A stretch of DNA of 64,000 bases from Gammaproteobacteria bacterium (GTDB lineage: Bacteria > Pseudomonadota > Gammaproteobacteria > JAJFKG01): assembly GCA_965116795.1 (NCBI GenBank), contig OZ220716.1:1194503-1258502 (forward strand), written 5' to 3'. A program made the position numbers and the translations under genes. The notes beneath the pieces were generated by a model. The model saw only the letters and a program-made list of their open reading frames with translations, ran no database searches and had not been told where the DNA came from. This document shows, piece by piece, positions 42,320 to 52,894 of the stretch (the first letter of the stretch is position 1; every line of letters starts with the position of its first letter).

Positions 42320-42510
42320 AAAAAGTAATGGACAAGATAGGTAAGACTGCCTTTCTCAAAACCTAAGTTATGCAACGGCTCTTTCTTTAAGAAGCCACTT
42401 AATTGATGAGGAGGGAAAGGTGCAACTCACCATTAGGGCTCGGGTATTTAGATACTCATTGACGAAGCCAAATATATGGAAGCGACCTACACCGTTCATT
42501 ATAAATGCAA
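42320..42510 (+). ncRNA. Putative bridge/seek RNA of the IS1111 element (ends approximate)
   Basis: Stem-loops containing segments matching both target flanks and the donor junction. Confidence 0.7.
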
Positions 42511-42688
42511 AGAACGCTTGTATTGCACGGGAGATCCATATATGCATAACGAACACCTTGATAAGAGTGCCTTCTTGTTTTGTCGGTAAAACCGATACTA
42601 AAGCGTATCGCATTATCGGTGACGATGCACGCGCAACAATTACTTATTGTATCGACAAATAAAACGTCCACAGAGTCTTAATATTACA

Positions 42689-43162
42689 ATGATTACATGG
42701 CCCGATAAACTCCCTTTCCCCACGGTTGAGGGATATAGCATCCAACCAGGGGATGCGATTGTGCGCACCGACATGGAGGCAGGCTCTGCACGCCAACGCC
42801 GCCGCTTTACTCAAGTTCCCAGTCGTATTCAAGTACGCTGGCTGATGTCACAAACCCAGTTTGCGATATTCGAAGCGTGGTATAGGTGGGAGGCGCGCGA
42901 GGGTGGTGCGTGGTTTGATATTACTTTGTTAGGTGGCTTAGGGTTGTTATCGCAACAAGCCCGTTTTACTCAACCTTTTCAAACACAATTGGTGACTGGC
43001 ACGTTATGGGAAATCTGCACGGAGCTTGAAGTGCGCGAACGCCCTGTGCTTAATCATGACACGTTACATCTGTTGTTAACCGAAGACTTGCAAGGATTGA
43101 TGAATGCCATCGATAGCTTGCACCAATTGGTACATCGCACGTTGCCCGTGAACTTTCATTAA
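42689..43162 (+). CDS. Distal tail protein (gpM-like)
   Basis: RTDMEAGSARQRRRFT, FEAWY...GAWF; follows tape measure. Confidence 0.75.
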   Translation: MITWPDKLPFPTVEGYSIQPGDAIVRTDMEAGSARQRRRFTQVPSRIQVRWLMSQTQFAIFEAWYRWEAREGGAWFDITLLGGLGLLSQQARFTQPFQTQLVTGTLWEICTELEVRERPVLNHDTLHLLLTEDLQGLMNAIDSLHQLVHRTLPVNFH

Positions 43163-43172
43163 GGTTTATCTA

Positions 43173-43703
43173 ATGACATTACAAAAAGACTTAGAGCAAG
43201 CGGTTACGCGGGTGACCGAAGACAGTCAGACATTGCATGAGATTGTGCATGGCGATGAACAGACTGTAGTGATAACCGAAGGTGGCGATGTTAGCTCGCC
43301 TGCCAAAGTCATCTTTGACATTGAACAACAGCTTCAGCAGCAGTTAACCGATTTAAACGTGACCCTCAATGCACTGAATGATGCGGTAGCACAAGCACAA
43401 CATTACGCTGATAACGCTGAACATCAAGCACAAGTTGCTACTACTGCAGCAAACAGCACCCACTTCCCTGCTGATTTAACTGATGGCGCGGGTAAATTAT
43501 TAGCGGTTAATGATAAAGAGACTGGTTATGTCTTAACGCAATCCAGTAGCACCGTATATGGTTTTTCTAAAGAAGGTGCCAAGTTACGAGTGCATATCAA
43601 TGAAGAGTATTGTGATGCCAATAGTTTTTTAACCTACTGCATTGCGCCGGTAGGTATTGCAGTTGAAATAGATACACGCGGACACTTATTAGTAACCGTT
43701 TAA
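43173..43703 (+). CDS. Tail fibre-associated protein
   Basis: LHEIVHGD...TEGG N-terminus, coiled coil; tail module position. Confidence 0.55.
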   Translation: MTLQKDLEQAVTRVTEDSQTLHEIVHGDEQTVVITEGGDVSSPAKVIFDIEQQLQQQLTDLNVTLNALNDAVAQAQHYADNAEHQAQVATTAANSTHFPADLTDGAGKLLAVNDKETGYVLTQSSSTVYGFSKEGAKLRVHINEEYCDANSFLTYCIAPVGIAVEIDTRGHLLVTV

Positions 43704-43755
43704 TTTTGGTAACCGTCTAATTGAGTAGTAACGGTTTAATTGATACGAGGTGAGT

Positions 43756-45420
43756 ATGACAATTTTAGATTTAGGTAACATCCGCATGAATTGGTGCGGT
43801 GCGTATAACAATGACATTGCTTACGTGCGCGATGATGTCGTTTCTTATCATGGCTCAAGCTTTATTGCTAAGCGCGATGTCATTGGTATTACCCCAGTCG
43901 TTGGCAATGACTGGGATATGTTAGCCGCTGGCACGCATCAATTGATTGAGCAAGGCGACTTGTTAACGCATGATGGCAGTTCAACAATACGGCTACCGTG
44001 TGGTAACCCAGGGCAAGTGCTACACACCGGTGATAACCAACAACCGCAATGGCGTGATGTGGGATTGCCTCCTTCACAAGCGGTGTGGAAATTATCCGAG
44101 ATTAATGGCTTAGGCGGCTGGTATACGCGTGTCTATCTCATGCGTGATGGCACGATTAAAGCGTGTGGTTTGGGGAGTAATCATGCAAATGGTGACCCTG
44201 TTGCGAAACACACCTACTTACCCAGTCGAGTCACCACCTTAAATAATGATGTACGTTTTGTCGCGGTGTATTCAGGCGGTCAGCAACACTATGCCTTAAC
44301 GGCTGAAGGCGATGTGTGGTCATGGGGGTTTAACAATTATGGCCAGTTGGGTCACGGGGATACCGCCAGTCGCGCGATTGCACAGCGCATTGATTTTTTC
44401 TTTAACAACAATATTAAAATTAAACACATTGTCACCGGTCGGCCTAATCACTATGACTATGGTTGTGCCTTCTTCTTAACCACGAAAGGCGAAGTCTATG
44501 CCTGTGGCTATAACAGTAACGGCAGTTTAGGCAATGGCACCACGGCGCATCAATACACGCCGGTGCGCTGCGGGGCACTCACTAACATTGTGAGTTTAGC
44601 AGTATCGGGTCAACCTTACAGTGTCTATGCAATTGATGAAGACAAACAATTGTGGGTGTGGGGATGGAATCACAATGGTCAACTGGGATTAGGTGATACC
44701 ACGCAGCGCAACAGTCCGATATTGCATCCCACGTTACAGAATGTTGCTAAAGCCGTTATTAGTTGTGGGTATCGAACAGATGGGCAAGACCCTACAGGCA
44801 ATGGGTTAGTGTTATTAGACGATGGCACAGTGTGGTCAACGGGTTATAACGGTTATGGTCAGTTGGGGCATGGGGATACGACAAATCGCACCAGTTTTTC
44901 TCAAATTCAATTTGCGGGTACGTTCACTGATGTTATCTGTGGTGATGGGCGTTATGCGAGCACAGCGGCTATCACCGACAACAAAGAGCTTTATGTGTGG
45001 GGATATAATAACTACGGACAATTAGGCACAGGCAATGCTACGCATCAACATGCACCCACCAAACCCAGTGCCGATTTCCAGGGCAACGTTGATAAAGTCT
45101 GTTTTGGCGGTGGTGCCAGTTATGAAGGTTGCATTGTACAAAGTGGCAATGCGTTATTTGCTGCGGGGTACAGTAGCCGTGGCAACTTAGGGATTAGTTC
45201 TGTATCCAATGTCAACCATCGATTTGCTCAGGTGCTGGGGCAATCCGGTGAGATTGAAGACTGGGGATGCTTCGGACAAGGTCAAAGTGATTGGGGCCTC
45301 AGTGTACTGTATACCGATGGGCGAATCGATGCGTGTGGTCATAATGTAGATTACGGTGAAACCGGCACTCAAAGTGGCAACTTGCACAATGTGATTGTCC
45401 TCAAGAATGTTATTTTTTAG
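43756..45420 (+). CDS. Tail protein with fibre-type N-terminus and RCC1-repeat beta-propeller
   Basis: Repeated VWSWGFNNYGQLGHGD / VWGYNNYGQLGTG; N-terminal DLGNIRMNW...DDVVSYHGSSF. Confidence 0.85.
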   Translation: MTILDLGNIRMNWCGAYNNDIAYVRDDVVSYHGSSFIAKRDVIGITPVVGNDWDMLAAGTHQLIEQGDLLTHDGSSTIRLPCGNPGQVLHTGDNQQPQWRDVGLPPSQAVWKLSEINGLGGWYTRVYLMRDGTIKACGLGSNHANGDPVAKHTYLPSRVTTLNNDVRFVAVYSGGQQHYALTAEGDVWSWGFNNYGQLGHGDTASRAIAQRIDFFFNNNIKIKHIVTGRPNHYDYGCAFFLTTKGEVYACGYNSNGSLGNGTTAHQYTPVRCGALTNIVSLAVSGQPYSVYAIDEDKQLWVWGWNHNGQLGLGDTTQRNSPILHPTLQNVAKAVISCGYRTDGQDPTGNGLVLLDDGTVWSTGYNGYGQLGHGDTTNRTSFSQIQFAGTFTDVICGDGRYASTAAITDNKELYVWGYNNYGQLGTGNATHQHAPTKPSADFQGNVDKVCFGGGASYEGCIVQSGNALFAAGYSSRGNLGISSVSNVNHRFAQVLGQSGEIEDWGCFGQGQSDWGLSVLYTDGRIDACGHNVDYGETGTQSGNLHNVIVLKNVIF

Positions 45421-45782
45421 AGGGAATGAATGATGAAATTAAAGTCCTACCCAACGAGACACCCACCCCTTTTCAAAGAAAGCAGCAGAGTACCGATTCA
45501 TTTAGCTGAGTACAATGGCAACCATTACTATGCGTTTTTTGATGATGTGAAACCACCGCGTGGTGGCAAAGCGGTAAGTGATGAAGAGCAACAGCAAGTG
45601 ATTGCAAATAGCCTGTTGTTCCGGCAAGTTAAGGAGGAAGCCAGGCGTCGTATTGAAGCCATTGCGCCGCCATGGAAACAGCGAAATGCATTAATGGACT
45701 GTATGCTTCCCGCAAAAGTGCGTGCATAGTGTTTTTTGATGGTTTAGCCTGAAGTTGCTAACAGTATCAAGAGGACATTTTA

Positions 45783-46220
45783 ATGAGAACAAGGAAATCA
45801 AAAACGCACAGCACAACTTTACGTAGTAAAAAACAGATTGCAAATTCGTCATCATTCGATCAATTGCAACAACAGTTTGAACAATGGCGGGCTAACAAAT
45901 CTAGCAATGCGCCTGTGCCACTAGCGTTACGCCAAGCAACTGTTCGCGCCTTTAATAACGGCATACCATTCTCAAAACTGAAGTCATTAAGAATAAATCA
46001 TTCTCAACTAAAACGCTGGCGTGAGCAAAAAGCCGTATCAAGTAAAACAACACCACACTTTGTCACCGTCAAACCAATTAAGAACAAAGCACCTCAAACC
46101 AACATCGCAATACAAACGGCCGCGTGTGAGTTGACTATCCATTACCCACATGGTCTGCATGTGGCTATTCGTCTAGCGGATGTCACATCAACAGCCCAAC
46201 TATTGAAAACACTGTGCTGA
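45783..46220 (+). CDS. tnpA: IS66 accessory protein TnpA-like
   Basis: HTH-like QFEQWR...QLKRWR; first ORF inside the IR. Confidence 0.7.
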   Translation: MRTRKSKTHSTTLRSKKQIANSSSFDQLQQQFEQWRANKSSNAPVPLALRQATVRAFNNGIPFSKLKSLRINHSQLKRWREQKAVSSKTTPHFVTVKPIKNKAPQTNIAIQTAACELTIHYPHGLHVAIRLADVTSTAQLLKTLC

Positions 46221-46230
46221 GGATAAACGG

Positions 46231-46593
46231 ATGTTGCAAATAACGCCTCAACACCGCATTTTATTAGCCAAAGAACCGGTGGACTTCAGAGCCGGTATCG
46301 AAGGTTTGTGTCGAGTCTGCCAAGCTAACATGTACAATGACCCCTTTAATGGCACGGTATTTGTCTTTACCAATCGTCGTCGTAACGCCATCAAACTGCT
46401 GACCTACGATGGCCAAGGTTTCTGGCTATGTCATAAACGACTGTCCAGAGGACGACTTCAGTGGTGGCCACAAGATAATTGCACGACGATTGAATTAACT
46501 GCCAGCACACTGAATATCTTACTGTATAACGGCAATCCCATTACCGCTAATTGTCAACAAAACTGGAAGTCTCTACCTGCCAAAGCGGCTTAG
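46231..46593 (+). CDS. tnpB: IS66 accessory protein TnpB
   Basis: PVDFRAGIEGL, FVFTNRRR, YDGQGFWLCHKRL. Confidence 0.92.
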   Translation: MLQITPQHRILLAKEPVDFRAGIEGLCRVCQANMYNDPFNGTVFVFTNRRRNAIKLLTYDGQGFWLCHKRLSRGRLQWWPQDNCTTIELTASTLNILLYNGNPITANCQQNWKSLPAKAA

Positions 46594-48223
46594 GCCGCTT
46601 TGGCTAATGCCTTGGTGTTGAGTGTGTCCTTATAATGCCAAGGTAACCAATCGTTAGCACGCTGTTGTAACTCATCTTTATGCAACAATAAACTTTGTAA
46701 ATAATCCACTGGGTCAACACCAGCATATTGCGCCGTGAATAATACACTCATCAACACGTCGCCAACCATAGCACCATAAGTGGTACGATATTGTTGTGAA
46801 TTCTTACGATACATCACGGGTGCAATCTTAATTAAACGCTCAGAATCATTGTTATCTAGCACTGCACCAAGAACAGATAAAAATAACGTTAACTCTCGAA
46901 AATGGTTGCGCATATAATTGATAGCTTTGCCAGCACTACTGTTAGGCTCCGCCCAGCGTTTTCGAACACATTGTTCTAAAAATCGCCGTAGCTGTTTCAT
47001 TATCGGTTTCGAATGACGACGATGATAATGCAGGCGTTGCTCTGGTGTATAGCCGTATGTTTTACAATGACGCTCGTGTCGATACACTTGCCCAATCCAG
47101 TTTAGTACTGGCTGACATACCTTCGGATAAACGTCTTTGCACTCGAAAAAATAGCGTCTGGCATGGGTTAAACAATAGCTAACTTGCGTCTGTTCGGCAA
47201 TCGACTCGTCTTTGATGCGGTTTCGACTCAGCGCATCTGACATTAAAATAACAGACCCTAACTCAGTATCACGTTTGCGCAATAACGCTGTGATATTCTC
47301 ACCACCATGTGAGCGACCTGTAAAGACTAATACCACTTCGTTGTCACCGATTTTTGATAGTGCCGCTGTTGTAAATATGCCACGACGTGCTTTTTCTTCT
47401 AGCGCCTGGTTTTCTAACACGAGGCTTTGGACCTTCGCTGTGGTGTCATCGTATTGGACCAACTCGCCGTTGGCCGCAGTACGTTGCAATGCTTGATAAA
47501 CAGGAAGTACGTGATTAAACACCGTCTCCATGCACGCAAATTGATTCGATGTCGGTAATGGAATGCCTTGCGCTTCGTGATACTTCGCTATCCGATAAAA
47601 TGGCAAACCAAATACATAGTGATTCACCGCCAATACCGCTTTGAAACTATCGCTATAGACATCTTTGCCGCTTTCTTTTGGTAACGGCACTGTAAATAAC
47701 GTTAAACACAATCCGCAACGATAGACCTCTCTGTCATAACGTACAACCCGCGCCATTGGTTGGCCTAACAAACGGATCACTTTTGATGGTTTATTCCATA
47801 AATATAAACGGCCTTTACAATCAACATGTAAGCAATGTGCACCTGGGTAGTAACGTTCATCACTCACTTTGTGAACTTCTGCTGCAACATAATCATCTGC
47901 GCTATAGCGTCCATGCCCTTTGTTTGATTGCTCAGATACATCATCTTCCTTAACGTTGTCAGTGTCTTTTGGCACTTTGTCAGAAGAACTTGCCGACGTT
48001 GATGTACCTTTTACCCCTGTTTTTCGCTGCAGATCCCAAATATTCTCTTCAATCGACGGATACTGAGTTTGGCTTCGGTTAATTGACCTTGCAACCAAAA
48101 TACCATGCGTAGTGCACTGCTGCATAGCTTGCGATCGGTGTCTGATAGATTACCTGTTTCAAGTCGTGACAGTAATGACTCTGCTTCTGCGTGACTTATA
48201 TCGATCGTTTCTGGTTTCTTCAT
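46590..48223 (-). CDS. tnpC: IS66 transposase TnpC (frameshift near 48020), convergent with tnpAB
   Basis: Leucine zipper LKRIFG..SEK, zinc finger, YDDT, LMSDA, CLTHARRYF, DNNDSER. Confidence 0.88.
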
Positions 48224-48674
48224 AATTTAATCCCTGTTTCAGCCTTCGGTTAGTCAGAATAACTAACATGCAAACAAGTCTGATCCCATTAAAATTAAAT
48301 TGCAACAGCAAACAGATCAGAAAAAGATCACGCTAGCAAAATGATAAAAATAAATTGCCCCAAACAGAATAATTGGCTGATTAACAGTTGTCACGCAATG
48401 TTGCTGGAAGCATACAATGGACTGGATACTATTAATAGACCAAAAAGAATTGACGGATGCAGAGGAAGCCGCGCTTAATAAAGCGGCGGACTTATTTGGG
48501 CAGATTCAACGGTTGCGAGATATTTCTAATGATATTGAAGTTTTGCTCTTACATGGGATTAACGTTAATTACCTAACCGATGAAGTGTGGGGAGTTGATG
48601 TAGATGAAGAAACCATTGCAGAAACCGATGAAGAAGCGAAAATGAAAGAGACAACAGCAGAGAGTGATGATTAA

Positions 48675-49217
48675 ATGCCAGACCCAACCTTAAGCCAAGC
48701 GATTCAAGAAGCTTATGCGTCATCACCCAGTGATGTAGTGATATTACATACATTAGAGCTACGCCATCCCAAGTTTGTGGATGAAGAAGGAAATGTCATG
48801 GCAGTGCGATTGGTAAGAGATTATCAGAACTTAACTGCAACGCTTGAAGAGACGGCGCCACTTAATGCCAATGAAACGGTGACATTCATTGCGATGAGCT
48901 TTGATTTGAGCTTGCCGACGGTGGATACGGCACCAGTGCCCGAAATTACGGTGACCATTGACAACGTGAGTGGAGAACTAATGAAGCACCTGGATGCTGC
49001 CGTTGATAGTGGCGATAAAATTGAGGTGACGTATCGCCCGTATTTAAGCAACGATACCTCGACTCCACACATGGTGCCACCGATTACATTGGTATTAAGT
49101 GATGTTGAAGCCGATGTCATGCGTATCGTAGGGCGTGCCAGAATGTTAGACATTGGCAACAAGCGCTTTCCAGCAGCGTGCTATACGTTAAGGCAGTTTT
49201 CTGGCTTAGCGCGTTAA
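48675..49217 (+). CDS. DUF1833-like minor tail protein
   Basis: EAYAS...LHTLELRHP, IDNVS, VTYRPYLS. Confidence 0.8.
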   Translation: MPDPTLSQAIQEAYASSPSDVVILHTLELRHPKFVDEEGNVMAVRLVRDYQNLTATLEETAPLNANETVTFIAMSFDLSLPTVDTAPVPEITVTIDNVSGELMKHLDAAVDSGDKIEVTYRPYLSNDTSTPHMVPPITLVLSDVEADVMRIVGRARMLDIGNKRFPAACYTLRQFSGLAR

Positions 49218-49278
49218 CGTAACAGTCAATACTTTCTTTGATCTTTTATTCTTTAATCAAAAAAACAGAGTAATTCTT

Positions 49279-49695
49279 ATGACCCATTGGGCGTGTCAGT
49301 ATATTGGTTTGCCGTGGCAATCAGGTGGCAGAGATAAAGCTGGTTTTGATTGTTGGGGATTGATGAAGTATGTACAGCAACATCACTTCAATCGCACATT
49401 ACCTGACATTCCAGTCGATGCGGTTAACTTAACACACGTTGCCAAAGCCTTTAAACAACACCCTGAGAAGCAACGCTGGCAATTAACTGCAAATCCTGCT
49501 GAAGGCGATGCCGTATTATTACGTCAATCACGTTACCCTATTCACGTTGGGATATGGATTGCCATTAATGCCACTGAACAAGGTGTACTGCATTGCGTGC
49601 AAAAGAGTGGCGTCGTCTTTCAAACCATTAACAGTTTACACGTATCGGGTTGGCAAATTGAAGGCTTTTATCAATTCCAAGGTGATTTATTGTAA
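49279..49695 (+). CDS. NlpC/P60 tail assembly protein (gpK-like)
   Basis: YIGLPW, GFDCWGL, HVGI, VLHC. Confidence 0.9.
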   Translation: MTHWACQYIGLPWQSGGRDKAGFDCWGLMKYVQQHHFNRTLPDIPVDAVNLTHVAKAFKQHPEKQRWQLTANPAEGDAVLLRQSRYPIHVGIWIAINATEQGVLHCVQKSGVVFQTINSLHVSGWQIEGFYQFQGDLL

Positions 49696-51956
49696 TGGCG
49701 CATGTTGTTATTTTGCATAACCCGTTTTTGTGTGAGCGTGGACGCGATGTGATTACTGTTGATCATCCCACTACCATTGCAACATGGCTAACGCAGACTA
49801 ATGTAGTGACGTTTGAATTACCGACAATTTGTTTGATCAATGGCCATGCCGTGCTGCGCCAAGATTGGCAAACGACAATTATAAATAGCAATGATGTTGT
49901 TACCTTCATCATGCTGCCGCAAGGGGGTAGCGGTGGTGGCAGTAAAATCTTACGTTCTGTATTAATGATCGCGGTGATGGTGGCCGCCCCTGCGATTGGG
50001 GGCGCCGTTGCGGCAGGGCTTGGCATTACCAGTAGCATTGGTGTTGGCTTAGTCACTGCCGGTGTGGCTTTAGCCGGTACCGCGTTAGTGAATGTATTAG
50101 TACCACCGCCGATGGCTTCTATCCATGGATTTGATAATACACCGGCACCCAGTCCGACGTATTCACTGCAAGCCAGGGGCAATCAAGCCAGACTCAGTCA
50201 ACCCATACCTGTCATTTACGGCAGGCACATTGTGTATCCTGATTTAGCCAGCACACCGTATTCTCATTATGCCAATAATGAACAATACCTGTATCAGCTA
50301 CATTGTATTGGTCAAGGCGAATATGAGATTGAGTCCATTCGTATTGAAGATACCCCGATTAGCTCCTTTCAGGAAATCACTTATGAAGTAGTGCCGCCTG
50401 GCAATCACGTTACCTTATTTTCAGCCAATGTCATCACCGCACCAGAAGTCGCGGGCCAAGAATTGTTATCAATCAGTGATGGGGGCGGTTACGTTGGTGG
50501 TTTTGTGGTGAATCCAGCGGACACTATTGCAACACAATTGAGTATCGATATCATCATGCCGCGAGGGTTGTACTATGCGAACAACAGTGGTGGTTTAGAT
50601 GCACGCACCATAACGTGGATAGTTGAAGCAAGACAAATTAATGATGAAGGTAACCCACTACATGATTGGCAACGCTTAGGCAGTGAAACGATGACAGCCG
50701 CTACCAATACGCCACAACGATTAACGTATCATTACACGGTTGCACCAGGGCGCTATGAAGTCAGAGCGCTTAGAACGAATAATAAAGATACATCCGCGCG
50801 TAGCGGTAATGAATTACGTTGGGCAGGATTGAAAGCAACGCTTAATCAACGTGCTGATATGGGTAACGTGACATTGCTGGCGATTAAAATGCGTGCCACC
50901 GATAACTTATCACAGCGTGCATCGCGATTAGTGAATTGCATTGTTACGCGCAAACTACCAACGTGGAATAGAGAAACGGGTTGGAGTACACCCAAGGCAA
51001 CACGCTCGATTGCTTGGAGCTTAGCTGACATTGCTAAGAATGAATACGGCGGTAACTTGCCAGACAGTCGGATTGATTTACAAGCATTAGCAAATTTAGA
51101 TGCCACTTGGCAACAGCGTAACGATACTGTTGATGTAGTATTTGACCAACCGATTACAGTATGGGAGGCCATGAAACGGGTTGCCCGTTGTGGTCGTGCA
51201 GTATGTTTTATGCAAACGGGGATTGTGCGATTCGTTAGAGACGAGCCAAGGGAAATTCCGGTAGCCTTGTTCTCACCACGCAATATTGTTAAACACAGCT
51301 TAAAGCTGCACTACTTGCTTGCCAGTGATGATACCGCTGACAGTGTCATTGTTGAATACTTCTGCAGTCAAACTTGGCGACCCGATGAAGCGGAAGTCAG
51401 TTTGCCTAACAGTACCAGTGAACAACCCGCAAGAGTGAGATTATTAGGTTGCACCGATAAGAGCCAAGCGATACGTGAAGGCAAATACATGGCAGCTACT
51501 AATCACTATCGCAGAAGACTAGTAACCTTTCAAACAGAATTAGAAGGGTTAATACCTACGTACGGCGATTTAATTGCGATTACGCATGATATGCCGAGCT
51601 GGGGGCAAGGTGCTGAAGTCGTTAGCGTTGAGGGTAACACGCTAATGTTATCGGAGCCATTAACCTGGGATGAAAATAAATTGAATGAACACGTCATTGG
51701 TCTTCGCAGACAAGATGGCAGTGTTAGTGGCACGTATCAAGTCAAGCCAGGCAACAATACTAATCAAGTCATCATTCAAGGTGAATTTGATTTCAAACCC
51801 TACACTGGTGAATCACAAGAGCGCACCCATGTCGCTTTTGGTGTTGGCAATGCGTGGAGTACGTTGGCTCGCGTTACCGCTGTACGTCCTAGAGGCGATG
51901 TCGTTGAAATCAGTGCCGTTACCGAACATCCTGCCGTGCATACGGCTGACGCATAA
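49695..51956 (+). CDS. Tail tip / host-specificity protein (gpI/J-like)
   Basis: NQARLSQPIPVIYGRH, GRYEVR, ATRSIAW. Confidence 0.88.
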   Translation: MAHVVILHNPFLCERGRDVITVDHPTTIATWLTQTNVVTFELPTICLINGHAVLRQDWQTTIINSNDVVTFIMLPQGGSGGGSKILRSVLMIAVMVAAPAIGGAVAAGLGITSSIGVGLVTAGVALAGTALVNVLVPPPMASIHGFDNTPAPSPTYSLQARGNQARLSQPIPVIYGRHIVYPDLASTPYSHYANNEQYLYQLHCIGQGEYEIESIRIEDTPISSFQEITYEVVPPGNHVTLFSANVITAPEVAGQELLSISDGGGYVGGFVVNPADTIATQLSIDIIMPRGLYYANNSGGLDARTITWIVEARQINDEGNPLHDWQRLGSETMTAATNTPQRLTYHYTVAPGRYEVRALRTNNKDTSARSGNELRWAGLKATLNQRADMGNVTLLAIKMRATDNLSQRASRLVNCIVTRKLPTWNRETGWSTPKATRSIAWSLADIAKNEYGGNLPDSRIDLQALANLDATWQQRNDTVDVVFDQPITVWEAMKRVARCGRAVCFMQTGIVRFVRDEPREIPVALFSPRNIVKHSLKLHYLLASDDTADSVIVEYFCSQTWRPDEAEVSLPNSTSEQPARVRLLGCTDKSQAIREGKYMAATNHYRRRLVTFQTELEGLIPTYGDLIAITHDMPSWGQGAEVVSVEGNTLMLSEPLTWDENKLNEHVIGLRRQDGSVSGTYQVKPGNNTNQVIIQGEFDFKPYTGESQERTHVAFGVGNAWSTLARVTAVRPRGDVVEISAVTEHPAVHTADA

Positions 51957-52020
51957 CATTTAATTCATTTATTTTTTTCAATCCGATTTTATTTAACTTT
52001 GTAACAGAGAGGAAATCACT

Positions 52021-52323
52021 ATGGAAATCAAAAAAACTAAATCATCTCAAGATGGCATTACATTATCACAAGTTGAACTTGACGAGCTAATTGAAAAGGC
52101 TTCTGCACGCGGCGCACGCAAGGCACTCATTGAAATGGGCTTGATGGATGATACGGTTAATGACTTGCGTACGTTAAGAGGATTAGCGAAAACTCTTAAA
52201 ACCATGCAACACACCTTTGTGCAAACGATGGTGCGTTGGTTAACCATCGGCATGTTGGTGCTCTTCTTTGCAGGGATTTCGGGGAAGTTAGATTCGCTTT
52301 TTCATTTAAACAATGGCAAATAA
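52021..52323 (+). CDS. Small membrane protein of the lysis module
   Basis: ARGARKAL..MGL, one C-terminal TM helix. Confidence 0.6.
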   Translation: MEIKKTKSSQDGITLSQVELDELIEKASARGARKALIEMGLMDDTVNDLRTLRGLAKTLKTMQHTFVQTMVRWLTIGMLVLFFAGISGKLDSLFHLNNGK

Positions 52324-52335
52324 ACAAGGAAGAAA

Positions 52336-52803
52336 ATGATGATAACCTTACTGGCTACGTTAGCGGGTTTTATTTCTTCAGCTTTCCCAGATGTTTTAAA
52401 ACTGGTGAGAGACAGAGCCGATAGAAAACACGAACTTGCGATTCTTGACAGGCAGCTTGAAGCGCAACGCGAAGGTCACACTCAACGCTTAGAGGAAATC
52501 CAAATTCAAGCAGACATGACTGAAAGCAAAGCGTTGTATCAACATGCCAGTCTGCCCAGTCACGTAAAATGGGTCGAAGCGCTGCGTGCATCGGTCAGGC
52601 CAATAATAACGTATGCATTCTTTGCCTTGTTTGTGTTTGTTAAAGTAATGACGTTAATCACATTAATGCAACAAGGCTTCACAGTAATAAATAGCGTGCT
52701 TACCATTTGGGACGATGAAACGCAAGCGTTATTTGCTGCCGTAATGGCCTTCTGGTTCGGGCAACGCAGCGTGACAAAATCTCGTCAATTGCATCAGCGA
52801 TAA
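52336..52803 (+). CDS. Holin-like membrane protein
   Basis: DRKHEL, LRASVRPIITY, FWFGQR; hydrophobic helices. Confidence 0.7.
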   Translation: MMITLLATLAGFISSAFPDVLKLVRDRADRKHELAILDRQLEAQREGHTQRLEEIQIQADMTESKALYQHASLPSHVKWVEALRASVRPIITYAFFALFVFVKVMTLITLMQQGFTVINSVLTIWDDETQALFAAVMAFWFGQRSVTKSRQLHQR

Positions 52804-52894
52804 CTGCTCGAATAAATAGGCATAATTGACTGGCTATACCTTCGATAGTGAGCGTTAATTACAACGTAACGTTAACTTAATTGGAGAAAAAATC

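Larger units (their letters stand above)
41128..42544 (+). mobile_element. IS110-family, IS1111-type insertion sequence
   Basis: 12-bp subterminal IRs TATGGATCTCCC (41129) / GGGAGATCCATA (42529). ATG core at both junctions. Long 3' non-coding end. Confidence 0.88.
45701..48415. mobile_element. IS66-family insertion sequence, 2715 bp
   Basis: 24-bp IRs GTATGCTTCC(C/A)GCAA(A/C)A(G/T)TGCGTG. 8-bp TSD AATGGACT at 45693 and 48416. Confidence 0.95.
45430..48674 (+). pseudogene. Small tail (fibre-assembly-like) gene split by IS66
   Basis: Removing the IS and one TSD rejoins QRNALMD|WILLIDQKEL in frame. Confidence 0.8.

Noticed and set aside
46590-48125. ORF-track start of TnpC at 48125
   Set aside because: Its first ~35 aa are out of frame. 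The real N-terminus is the 48223 ORF.
26127-51733. Many short antisense ORFs within phage genes
   Set aside because: No RBS or motifs; they are opposite-strand shadows of well-supported genes.
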